A stretch of 64,000 nucleotides of DNA, from NCBI RefSeq assembly GCF_009914755.1, contig NC_060925.1; one strand, 5' to 3'. Each line of letters starts with the position of its first letter. Position 1 is the stretch's first letter. Positions 27,967 to 38,520 of the stretch are shown piece after piece. The notes beneath the pieces are model-generated. The model was not told the DNA's origin. It saw only the letters and a program-made list of their open reading frames with translations, and did no database searches. Made by a program: the position numbers and the translations under genes. Source of the DNA: the human T2T-CHM13v2.0 reference genome, Homo sapiens.

Positions 27967-27976
27967 GTCTTTGTCC
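27252..27976. repeat. ~720-bp (CT/CTGT/CTTTGT)n pyrimidine-rich simple repeat
   Basis: Almost A-free sense strand with repeated blocks such as GTCTCTCTTTGTCCCTGTCTCTCTCTGCCTTT. Confidence 0.97.
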
Positions 27977-28034
27977 CACCTTAGCCTTGGGAGGGGACAG
28001 CTCACAGGCTGACAGATGAGGTCATGTGTCCTGA

Positions 28035-28208
28035 GCATGAGGTTTTCAGGTCTCACCCACGCTGTAGCATGTCAGAGCTTCGTTCCTTTTCATGGCCGCG
28101 TAATGTTCCATTGCTTGCTGGCACCACATCTCCTGTGCCCGGCCCTCTGCTGATGGGCGTCTGGGCTATGTGCACCGTTCAGCTACCAGGAATGGTGCTG
28201 CTGTGAAG
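28035..28208 (-). mobile_element. Old L1M 3' UTR fragment
   Basis: TTTTCAGGTCTCACCCACGCTGTAGCATGTCAGAGCTTCGTTCCTTTTCATGGCCGCGTAATGTTCCATTG...GCTGCTGTGAA. Confidence 0.65.
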
Positions 28209-29199
28209 GGAGCTGGGATTTTGTCATCCACCTGCTGTGGATGGCAAGTCCATTTCCATCTCTGGACTCAGGTGGCCCATCTACAAAATGAAGGGGATGC
28301 GACCCAGAGGCCTCTGGCGGCAAAACCTTCCCAGGCTTGTCCTCTTGGATCTAAGGGAATTTCTTTCCTCCGAGTCCAGCCCCTCCAGTGCTCCTGCCCT
28401 TCAGGAAACATGCCTGGGACCCCTCACTTGTGCCCACCCAGCCTTGGCCCACATACCTGCACCAAGAGGCTACCCTACTCATACTGCTCAGCCCAAAGGG
28501 ACCCACCGTGGGGTATGGGCAAGGGCGGGTTCTGCTCTCCCCCGGGGCCCTGTGCCAGCCTCAGCTGGACCTGCGGTTCTGCTTCCTGTCACACTCTCCC
28601 ATTTTAAATTAACGGAATGGTGCGGTCCCCATGCACACCCTCAGCTCCACTGGGGTTTTAGCCCAGCCCAGGATCGGAGGCCTGCAAGGGCACACCCACC
28701 TGGCCACGTGATGGTGAAGTGGGGTGGGGCAGGGCAACCAAATTAACTTCTAATTCTAAGAGCCCCTGGAGCATTCATCACCAGCACTTACAGCCGTGTG
28801 ACCTCACACAAGTCACTTAACCCCTCTGAGCCTTGGGGCTCCTGAAAAGTGGATGGAGCGGTCACGCCCACCTGGGAGAGGTGGCTTGGGCCAGCACCCT
28901 CTAAGCTGCTTGTCCCAGGCCATCATGGCTCACGGACCGCCCCTCAGCCTGGCCTGTGCCACTTCTCCAGGGCCCGGCACGTGGCAGCCACAGGCTTCTA
29001 TCAGCTCCCGCCTGCCTGGGGAAGGACAAAAACGACAGGTTCCAGGCCATGGCCTGCACCCCCGCTGGCCGTGGGCAGGTCCAGGCCTGCCTGCCTGAGC
29101 ATTGCAGGGCGGTGGCCAAGCCTGTCCCATAGCACCTCACCGAGGACCTGGGAGGCTGGCCCAGGGGAGAGGTCACCTCAGCCGGGGCTGGGGGCTGTG

Positions 29200-30180
29200 G
29201 GCAGGGTGGGCTCGGGTTTCCCTGTCCCCTCCCCCAGCTGTGCTCTGCCTGGACACTGCCACCTCCTCATGGGTGTCCAGGGCCACTGGGAGCTGGGCCC
29301 AGGGGTTCTCAGGGGAGCAATGGTGGAGACAAAGACCAGCGGACGGGCGCTGGGGTCAGAGCTCTCCAATCCCTGGGTGTCTCCTTCTCAAGGCGTGACC
29401 ACCCAGGCAGTGGCCGGCTGCAGGACAGGGCAGCTTCAAGTTCCCAGCCTTGCCAGGCTTCCCTGTGGCCCTGGGGTGCAGGAAGGAGCCCCAGCTCAGA
29501 AGGCGAGGGGGCGTCTGTGTCCTGCAGCAGTGGGCACAGCTAGGCTCTAGCCGGGGGCTTGGCTGCAGCCTCCAGCGCAGCCCTCACACACGCTGTTCCC
29601 AAGATGGGGTGACCGGGACCGGAGCCACCTCCAGGTCCCGGGCATCAGGGAGACCCCAAACCTGGCTGCATCCCCCAGGCCAAACCCAGACACAGGGGAT
29701 CGTAACAGACCACAGGCCTCACACACTTGTTCCGGCCCAAGCATCCCCCAGGCCAAACCTAGACACAGTGGATCATAACAGACCACAGGCCTCACACGCT
29801 TGTCCCGGCCCAAGCATCTCAAAGAGTCTGCTCTCCTGAAGGCCCTCAAGGCAGCCCCAGGAGCGGGTGTTGCTGTCACCCCCTCTTCCAAGGCGACGGC
29901 TCTGAGAAGCTCCTGCCTGCCCAGGGCACCCCCACGGATGGGTCTGATCCAGGCCCGCCACCTCCAAGGCAGAGCTGCCCACCTGGCCTTCGGTTTCCAG
30001 CCGCGGGGAACAGGGTGGACGAAATGACAGTGGAGAGGGCACAGGGAGGGCAAGGCGGGGGCACCTGCTCCAGGGATGCCCCAGGCAGGCCCACTTGCCT
30101 GCCGCCCCCACCGAGGCTGTCACAGGAGGACAGAGCACGAGTTCCCAGGGTGCTCAGGTGTCATTCCTTCCTTCCTGCAG
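29200..30180. promoter_or_regulatory. Intron-1 negative regulatory region with six E-boxes (ZEB1-bound element upstream of exon 2)
   Basis: CANNTG at 29235 (CAGCTG), 29724 (CACTTG), 29980 (CACCTG), 30062 (CACCTG), 30092 (CACTTG), 30155 (CAGGTG). A ZEB1-repressed ~1-kb element before exon 2 is established for TP73. Confidence 0.75.
29668..29813. repeat. 73-bp tandem duplication (2 copies)
   Basis: GCATCCCCCAGGCCAAACC...CCGGCCCAA at 29668-29740 and 29741-29813. Confidence 0.96.
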
Positions 30181-30278
30181 AGCGAGCTGCCCTCGGAGGC
30201 CGGCGTGGGGAAGATGGCCCAGTCCACCGCCACCTCCCCTGATGGGGGCACCACGTTTGAGCACCTCTGGAGCTCTCT
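30181..30278 (+). other. TP73: TP73 exon 2 (33 nt UTR + CDS start); carries the G4-C14 allele of the G4C14/A4T14 polymorphism (30184, 30194)
   Basis: Acceptor TTCCTTCCTTCCTGCAG| at 30180; donor TCT|GTGAGT at 30278/30279; exon positions 4 and 14 are G and C. Confidence 0.97.
30214..30278 (+). CDS. TP73: TAp73 CDS exon 2, aa 1-22 (transactivation domain, F15-W19-L22 MDM2-binding motif)
   Basis: AAG-ATG-G strong Kozak; MAQSTATSPDGGTTFEHLWSSL; ends in phase 2. Confidence 0.98.
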
Positions 30279-30907
30279 GTGAGTGCGCTTGGCTGGCCAG
30301 AGCTGGGGGCCCCCCTGGGAGGCACTCTGGGCTAGCCTCAGCCACCTTCGCTGGGCTAACTGGGCCAGAGCAGGAGGGGTGGCCCCGGGAGGACTCTGGG
30401 CTAGCCCCAGCCACCCTCACTGAGACTTTGGGCTAAACTTGGCAACCCTCACTGGGATTCTGGGCTAGCCTCGACCACCCTTGCTGCACTAACTGGACCA
30501 GAGCAGGAGAGGTGGCTCCACACTAGTCTTGGGCTAGCCTTAGCCACCCTCATCAGCTTGGGGACAGGGCGGGTCGGAGGGGCAGGGAAGAGGGACTGCT
30601 GCCCTAGGCCTTCCCTGGGGATGCAGGACCAAAATTCAGACTCTTTTCTCTGGCCAGCTCTGGAGAGGGCCCATGGCCAGCAGAGGCCCAGAATAACAGA
30701 GCCCATGACTGGCTCTGCCTCTCTGGCACTCACAGCAGCCCTGGAATGGCAGGTGGAGGACAGAGATGGGATGAGAGGGAATGGGAAGGGCAGGAGACGT
30801 AGGCCTCACCAGGAGTCTCAGGCTAGCCTTGAGCTCTGGGCCTGGGAGGTATTGGGGTGACACCCAAACTGGGGACTGACGCTTCTATTTTCCTCTCCCT
30901 GCCCCAG

Positions 30908-31028
30908 GGAACCAGACAGCACCTACTTCGACCTTCCCCAGTCAAGCCGGGGGAATAATGAGGTGGTGGGCGGAACGGATTCCAGCATGGACGTCTTCCA
31001 CCTGGAGGGCATGACTACATCTGTCATG
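30908..31028 (+). CDS. TP73: TAp73 CDS exon 3, aa 22-62 (includes Met49 at 30987)
   Basis: Acceptor CTCTCCCTGCCCCAG|; EPDSTYFDLPQSSRGNNEVVGGTDSSMDVFHLEGMTTSVM; donor ATG|GTGAGT. 65+121 nt = 62 codons. Confidence 0.98.
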
Positions 31029-31119
31029 GTGAGTGGGGGGGCTGCCCTCTGCAAGAGGACTGGAGTGGGGACAACAAATGTGGCCTGTCCTGTCTTGGGA
31101 GCCTGGCAGAACCAGGAGA

Positions 31120-31770
31120 TAGCCTCTTGGTTGTACAGCTTCCCCTGTGGGTTTCTGAGGACACTTCAAATTGCAAAGGAGAAAATGTATCAGCTCATGT
31201 AACTGTCAATCCAGAGATAGGAATGGATTCAGGCATGGCTGGATCCAGGTGTAGGAAGGGCTTCAGGCATGGCTAGATCCAGGTGTAGGAAGGGCTTCAG
31301 GCACAGCTAGATCCAGATGTAGGAAGGGCTTTGGACATGGGTGGGTCCAGGTGTAGGAAGGGCTTCTACTGGTGGATCCAGGTATAGAAAGGGCTTTGGG
31401 CATGGCTGTGTCCAGGTGCTTCACAGCTGCCTCGCTCAGTCTCTTGGTCTGCTTTCCCCTGCAGTGACTTTGTTTTTAGGCCGCATCTCCTCTCATGGTG
31501 AAGAGTACCAGGCTCCACCAGCATGCCCTATCCCTGTGGAGAGGAGATCCCTCTTTTCCCATAGTCCAGCAGTCCTGCCTCCCGTTGATCTGAATGTGGT
31601 CATGGGCCCATCTCTGAGCCACATCTGTGCCTCTGATTGGCCTGGCCTCCACCATCAGTGGAACAGGGTGACAATGGAATGGAGTGGGGTGGGCCTCCCC
31701 ACACAGGGACCCCCAAAGGAAGATGGAGGTGCTGTTTCCAGGAGAAGAGGACTGGATAGGGGGCAGGCAG
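31120..31770. mobile_element. Old MaLR LTR (MLT1K-like)
   Basis: GCTCATGTAACTG...TTCAGGCATGGCTGGATCCAGGTG...TCTGCTTTCC...CTCTGATTGGCCTGGCC. Confidence 0.6.
31228..31420. repeat. 34-bp minisatellite (TTCAGGCATGGCTGGATCCAGGTGTAGGAAGGGC) ~5.5 copies
   Basis: Units at 31228, 31262 and 31296, followed by degenerate copies. Confidence 0.9.
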
Positions 31771-34700
31771 GGCCAGTGAGGCCTCCGGCACCCCATCTTG
31801 GCAGGCTCCCCCATTCCTGGGAGTCTCAAGCCCTGCCCCATTGGCTGCTCCTCTGGGGGAAAAGGCCAGGCTGTGGGAGCTGGTGGGGGCCACGCTCCTG
31901 CCTACCTCTCTGGCTGCCCATAGCCAGGCCTCGACTGTGCCGGGAGGTGGATGGCAGGTGGGCACCACACGTGAGGAGAGAGCAAAGATCCCGACCTGGG
32001 AGGCCCAGCGAGGCCAGCCGTCCCCGCTGGACTCGTCAGCTGCTCGGCCCCGCCCACAGGCTGGCTGCCCCGCCCCGCCTCCGCCGCCCAGGGATTCGTA
32101 GGTGGGGAATTTGTTTGCGCTGCGGAAAACCAGCCCGAACTGTGGGGATACGCGGAACAGCGCGTCTGGGGCAGGGTCGGGCCTCCCTCACTTATGCTCA
32201 GCCCGAAAGGGAGGGAGGCGATGCTGGGCCTCTGGGGGCCTGAGAGCACCCGGCCTGGCCCTCCTCCTCCCTCAAGTCCCCATTCCAGGAGCTGGAGCCC
32301 CTTCCTTGCCCCTGCGCACGACTGACTGTCTGAGGCATGGGGGTGGGCGGCCCAGCCACCCTGAGCACTGGAGGGAGTGGGGGCTGTGGGGCTCCAGTCA
32401 GAACGAACAGAGTGAAGCGGGGTGGGGGAGTGTAGAGGTGGAGGGGCCGTGTTGCCTGTTCCGTCTCCATTGCGGATGCTGGGCTGGCCCAGAGCCATGT
32501 GGGGCCAGAGAAGGCACCTCCTTGGGCAGCCACAGTCCCGGGGGGTCAATTCCTCCGAGGAGCCCCTCAGCCTGTATCTGAGGGTTCGACCGCCTGCCCC
32601 TGCCCTCCCACCCCTGCTCAGGAGACCGTCCCAGTGGAAACACTCGACAGTGTCTGCGCGTGTTCTAGTCCCGTGTTATGGGTGAGGAAACCGAGGCAGA
32701 TGCTGGGAAAGGGTGGGCTGGGGATGGGGCCGGGTAGTGCAAGAAAGTGAGACTGCAACCTCTCCCCTCTCTCGCTTTGGAACAGTTCTGCCGGCTGCTC
32801 TCTGGGGACAAGGGTCCTGACCCCACCCCCTCCAGGTCCCCTTCTGGACATCCGTGTCCTCCAATCTGGGGAGGGGCAGGAACTGGCCGCTGGACCCCAG
32901 GGAGGGAGGGAGGAAGACCCATAAGATTGTCCCCTGAGATCCAGAAGCCACCTCCCAACCCCAAGTTGCTCAGCCACTCCCCCTGCAGAGGGCAGAAGGC
33001 CCCTAAGATGGCACAGACCCACCCTGTGTCGGGAGGAGGACCTGGACTCAGGGAGGCAGAAGGAGCAGTTCTACATTCCTGAGTGGGTGGAGCGTGCTTG
33101 TCCTCCCCAGCCCCGGAGGGTTCCCTGAGCTCCATATCGGGGTCTGGTCCGAGCCCCCGCCTGCTGGAACGTGCCACTCCCCAGCCACAGGGTGACAGTG
33201 GGAGCCTCGAACCTCCGCAAACAGCAAGGTGGCTGGATCTGTCTGGCAGCGACACGCCTCCTCCCAAAGCCATGTATGAAATTCCTAGGTGCACAGCTCG
33301 ACTCACGGAGATGGGGGATTCCCTGGAATGAAGGCAGGCCCAGGCCTGCGTGGGGAGAGCCAAGCCTCATTCTGACCCCAGGGCCCAGCCCCCTCACAAC
33401 AGTGGCTGCTGGGCCAAGAGCATGCTGTCCCCTACCCCTGACTCCCATGGGAGCGCCAGGTACAAAGACAGAGACTCCGAAGGGCGCCAACGGGTGGGCT
33501 CGGGCAGCCTGGCACAGGGCCCAGGGCTTAGCTGCCTTGAGAATGGCCCCTGGCCCGCTAACTCCAGGGGTCCCAGAGTGGGGCTGGAGCTGAACTGGGG
33601 GGCATTGTTTTAAAGTTCAGCCCGGGAGCTCAGGGAAGCTGCTGTGCTGGGGCTGGGGACCTGGACCCGGTTCAGTGCGGATGCGGGCATGGGGGGCTCT
33701 GAGTGCCCCCTGGAAAACTGCCACCTGCAGCTCAGGGGCCCAGTTCTAGCCCCACCACGAGGCTGGTGACCTTGGACAAGAAACACCACACAGGCCCGGC
33801 CTCGGGTCAGACAGGCGGTTCTAGTGCCGGATGTTTCCGGGGCTACCGATAGTCCTGAGTTCGTGGCTCAGGTGGGGGGCCTGCTTGTGGAAGTGGCTGC
33901 ACACGCACCTGCCCCCACCTGCCCCTGGCGGCTCCCTCTGGCCACCTGTCCCTGGGTGTTGGTGGCATCTGGCTGCTCCCATACTCAGGGGCGGGTCTGG
34001 GACTCATCCAGCAAAGGGGCCTCAGCTCGGGCAGGCACAGTGCTTGAGCGCAGGACACTGGTCCTCTGCAGTGGGGCGTGCCTTCCGCATCTGGGGGACG
34101 TGGGTCTCCCCGAACCACGAGCAGGCAGATTGGTTCCCGTTGGACACAGGGTGTCTGAGGGATGCCTTAGCCACCTGCTTAGCAGCCGTGGGAGACAGGC
34201 GGAGCAGGTGGTTTCAAGCTCCCACAATTCTCTGAGCCTCCATGTCCTTGCTGGTGAAGCTGGGGTGACAGGGGGTAGGAGCCCAGAGCAGAGAGCCCTT
34301 TGGGAGGTGGCATAGACTCTGGGATGCCAGGTGCTGGGTGCTGGCTCTGCCCAACCCCGTGGGCCTCGGACAACCCTCCTGCCACACTGGCCCCTGCAGA
34401 GGAGGCTGAGTTTAGGCAGTTCAGGAGAGTGGGGTGTGGGCAAGAGCAGTTGAACCCTCAGTGGGCTCTAGAGGAGTCCCAGGCCACAGACTTATTGGGG
34501 AGACTGTGAGCTCTGTGTGGCCATAGCAGGAAACAGACCCCGTGGTCACTGTGGCCATCTGACTGAGGTGGCCCAGAAAGTCCAGCAGGCCGAGGTGGGT
34601 GTGGCTGGGGGCTCCGAGGCCAGGTTTGCTGAGCTCAGGACCTACCCCTTCCCTTCTGAGCTGGGCAACTTTTAAAGAATTACATAGCCCTCTGGGCCTC

Positions 34701-37700
34701 AGTTTCCTGTCTATAAATGGCGCTACTGAGAGGCTCCAAGTCACCCACGATGTGAGGATGTCCAGTGGTGCCGGGCCCATCGGGAGTATGTGACAAACGC
34801 TAGGTGTGAGGGTGAGGGCAGGGAGGAGGCCCTGTGTTTAAGAAAGCTGCTCCTCGGACACCAGAACAGCAGAGCCAGGAGGGCCTAGGATAGGATCTGG
34901 GACCAGGGCCTGCTGCCTTTGCCTGGCACAGTTCCTGCCTGAGCTGTCCCGTGCCTTAGGCTCTGGCTGTCCCTGAAGACCCTACATGGCTCACAGGGAC
35001 CTCACTCTAAAATAGGGCCCCGTTCTGCAAGAGGAGAGCAGGGGGAAGCCTGTGGCCCGGGCCTCCCCATGGGCTGGGGAGGGTGGGCCGAGGAGCCACA
35101 GCTAAAACTGGCCCAGCCCCTGCCCTCTCAGGACCCTGGCTGGTTCCCTGAATGAGGAAGGCTTGACGGGCTTCCGGATGCCACCTGGGTGGGGTCTGCC
35201 CTGGCCACCCCCACACCGTCTGGGAAGAGCTGCAGAGGATAAAGCTCCCTCGTAGGCTCGCAGGCTGCGAGGAGGCAGTGTGGGTGTGATGGTGGGGCGG
35301 GGGTCCTATCCTCACCCGGACCCACCCGAGGAGTCTCTGCAGTGCTGGGCCTGGGCTTGGAAGCGAATCCCTGCCCCTCTGAGCGCTAGCGTCCCCTCGG
35401 ACAAAACCAGCGCAGGGCAATGAGACCTGCGGCCCTTGCTGGCTCTCAGGATGCTCCACAAGGAGGGAGGACACAGGAGGGGAGAAAAGGAGAGAGAGGC
35501 AAGTGTCTCCTCCCTCCCCTCCCCTCCACTCTGCTCCGCTCCCGTCCTCTCCCCTCCCCTCTCTGTCCCTAGAGCCTCCTCCAGGGCTGGCCCCTCCCCT
35601 GTGCCCCTTCCTGCCTCTCCTGGCGCCTTTCTCTGACAACAGGTGTTGTGGGCAGGTGGGCCACAGAGCGGGGTCTACAGCTGGTGGGGCAGAAGGCAGG
35701 CTGATCTACCCTGGGAGCCCCGGGAACCCAGTGGCAGGACAGACACCCGGGGTCAGAACCTTCGGACACTTGGGGGCTTGAGACCCTAGAGGTCACCCCA
35801 GATAGGCCTTGGTGACTTCAGGGAGAGGTATTCTCCCCAGGCCCAGGAGAAGGAAGGGCGCAGGTCCCGTGCATGTGTGGCCCCCAGGAAAGGGCAGGCG
35901 GACAGAGGGAGAAGGACACCCCTCCCTTCCAGGGAGGATCTGTAGCTGGAGGAAGGGTGGGGTCATGCGTGGGAGCAGGGAGGGGGCTCAGCTCACCACG
36001 GTCAGCTCTGAGACTCCAGCCCACCCGTTACCCCCTCCCAGAGAGCCCCCACTCAGCCTTTCCTTTGGTGGGCTTTCGTGACAAAGCACTTTGGGGCTGC
36101 ACAGAAGTGAACCCCACCCAGCACCCAGGTCTCAGAGCCTTGCAGCTTCTGCGGCCTCTTCCATGCGGTGGGATGAAGCCAGCTGCCCAGCAGGGACCCT
36201 GTGCCATGAGTTTGGCCTTGAACTGACACATCACTGGCACCAGGAAACGAAGTCCCCCTGTCTGTTCTGGCACATAACCCCTCCCACTAACTGGTTCCTG
36301 AAGAGTGCCGTGGCCTGCGGCAGCGTCGTTCCCCCCTGTCCTGCGGCCCAGGGTCCTGCGGAAAGTCAGGCGGAATCCCCAGTGAGTCAGAAGCAGAATG
36401 AAAGCAGAATGGAGGACCCAGCAGGGAGGGAACCTGGAGGAGGCGCTAAGGGCCACGCCAAGGGGGTGTGGCCCCAGATCCCCTGTCCCTGTCCTCTGCA
36501 AGGCTGGGCCTTGGGAACGTTTGCAGAAAGCTGGGTGCCGCTCTGGGGCAGAGGCCAGTGGTTTTGGGTGCTTTTGAGTTGGAAACGTGTAGCTCAGCCG
36601 CACTGGGATCCCCGCAGCCTGGCCCAGATGCTAAGGGTGGAGAGATGCGGGGTCTCAGGCACGGTGCCCTGGGCATGGGTGGGGCTCGTGCTGAAGGCAG
36701 CCTGGCTGTCTTCCTTCCTCACGTCCTTCCACTTGGCGCTCTCCTTTTGGCTATTTATAAAACCATCAGGCCGGCCCTGTGCATGGGACTCACCTGAGTC
36801 TCCTTTTCAATGCATCATTCCCTTTGGCAGGAGAGGACACCGCCTACAGAGGCTGAGGATGTGCCCTGTGGGGGTCGGGAGCGGAACCCAGGCCCCGCCT
36901 CGGCCCTGCTCTGAGGGTCTGTCCATCCCTGGGGAGCCCGCCCCCAACCCAAGAGGGGTCCCAGGCTCAGAAGCAGAAGGCACCCTCATCCCCAGGGCAT
37001 CCCCGATCCCAGCAGGAGTCTCCTAGTGCTCGCCCTGGGCTCTCCTGCAAGGAGGCTGCTGCTTTCCCCAGAACATCCAGTCTGGGCCCCAGCCGACCCC
37101 CTGCAGGGGGCTTCCCAGAGACGCCCTTCCTGAACCTGATCTACCAGACAAAACTGTCTTTTTCTCAGTCGTCTCCTCCTGAGTGCTGCTGCCCTTCCTG
37201 TTGGGGGCTGAGATCCTCTGCCACAGGAAGAGACGGGCGTCCAGGACTCACCTGCTGCCTCCCGGCCCTAGGGCCCTGAGCTGGGCTCTCCAGGCCCCAG
37301 CCCCTTGGGGCACAACACCTGGAATCGTCCTTTCGTCCTCAGCCCGGCCTGCTGGTGGGGCAGGGCGGGTCCCCAGGGCTCCTCAGGCAGCTGCAGTCCA
37401 AACCTCCCCTGCCCTCACCCAGCTCTGCCCGCTCTCCCGGGGGTGGGGGTGGGGAGCGATGAGGCCCCTGCCGGCTCTCGGTGGGGACGACAGGGAGGAA
37501 GGAAGCTGGGGAGATGGAGACAAGAGAAAGCAGGCAGGTGGTTTGGGATTTGGCAGGAAAAGGTTGGAAGGAAAGGGGAAAGGGTCTCCGCATGGATTTC
37601 TCAGCTCCCCATGGATTTCTCAGCCCTCGTGAGAGCCACGGCGCCCTGGGGACTGGAAGTGTGGGTCCGCAGGCCCCAGTCCCCAGGTTTGTCTGAGCAT

Positions 37701-38379
37701 AGATGCCCTGCCTGCTTCCAGGGGGACTCGGGCCCCTCTGCCAGGGTCAACTTTGTACCCAAGACGGCTGAAATACAATGGAAATTCAGACGGCCCAACA
37801 GGGAGTGGCAGTCACCTCAAAGGCCCCACTAGATGGGTGCGGGGCACCACTGCAGAGCCCCTCCCTGGCTGTGCCAAGGCCGTCCACGCCTGCAGGGGGC
37901 CCCACTGCCGGGCTGTTCTTTGGCAACAGTGGCTTGTCCCTGTTTCCTGGGGGCTTGGCCAGTGCCAGGGTGGGCTCCAAACGCACGGCTCTGGGCTCTT
38001 GGACTCACCCCTGCTTTGGGCAGGCAGTGGAAGGCAGGCCCCACAAGAGCTGCTCACTCCCGTCACCTGTCTCCCTCGGGGGTCTAGGGTCGAACCTCCT
38101 GTGAGCCCCTCCTCTCCATGCAGCCCTTGGACTGGTCCTGGCGGACCACCGAGTTCCCCGCGCAGGGGGCAGGTGCGCCCCACCTGGGTGCCAAGGGAGG
38201 CGACACCATCTCTCCCCCTTGGGGTGGCCCAGCCTTGCCTACCATGATCTCCAGGGCCGGGGCTCAGCCCTCATGCCTGGGAACAGAGGCTGCTTTACGG
38301 GGTGAGGGCCTGGGGCCCCCCGAGCCTTCCCCAGGCAGGCAGCATCTCGGAAGGAGCCCTGGTGGGTTTAATTATGGAG

Positions 38380-38520
38380 CCGGCGCTGACCGGCGTCCCC
38401 GCCCTCCCCACGCAGCCTCCTTGGTGCGGTCCAACACATCACCGGGCAAGCTGAGGCCTGCCCCGGACTTGGATGAATACTCATGAGGAATAAAGGGGTG
38501 GGCCGCGGGTTTTGTTGTTG
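38380..38520 (+). promoter_or_regulatory. TP73: P2 promoter (CpG-rich) with TATA-like GAATAAAG at 38488-38495
   Basis: AT-rich box about 30 bp upstream of the deltaN mRNA 5' end (GGATTCAGCC...). Confidence 0.82.
38444..38474 (+). promoter_or_regulatory. p53/TAp73 response element of the P2 (deltaNp73) promoter
   Basis: GGGCAAGCTG AGGCCTGCCC (38444-38463) plus a third half-site GGACTTGGAT (38465-38474). The TAp73/p53 to deltaNp73 feedback loop is established. Confidence 0.88.

Noticed and set aside
26928-28019. 250-360 aa Ser/Leu/Cys- or Arg/Glu-rich ORFs
   Set aside because: Products of the (CT/CTGT)n simple repeat.
37099-37112. CTCF-like motifs (CCTGCAGGGGGC here and ~37889)
   Set aside because: Only partial matches in very GC-rich DNA; not supportable without ChIP or PWM scoring.
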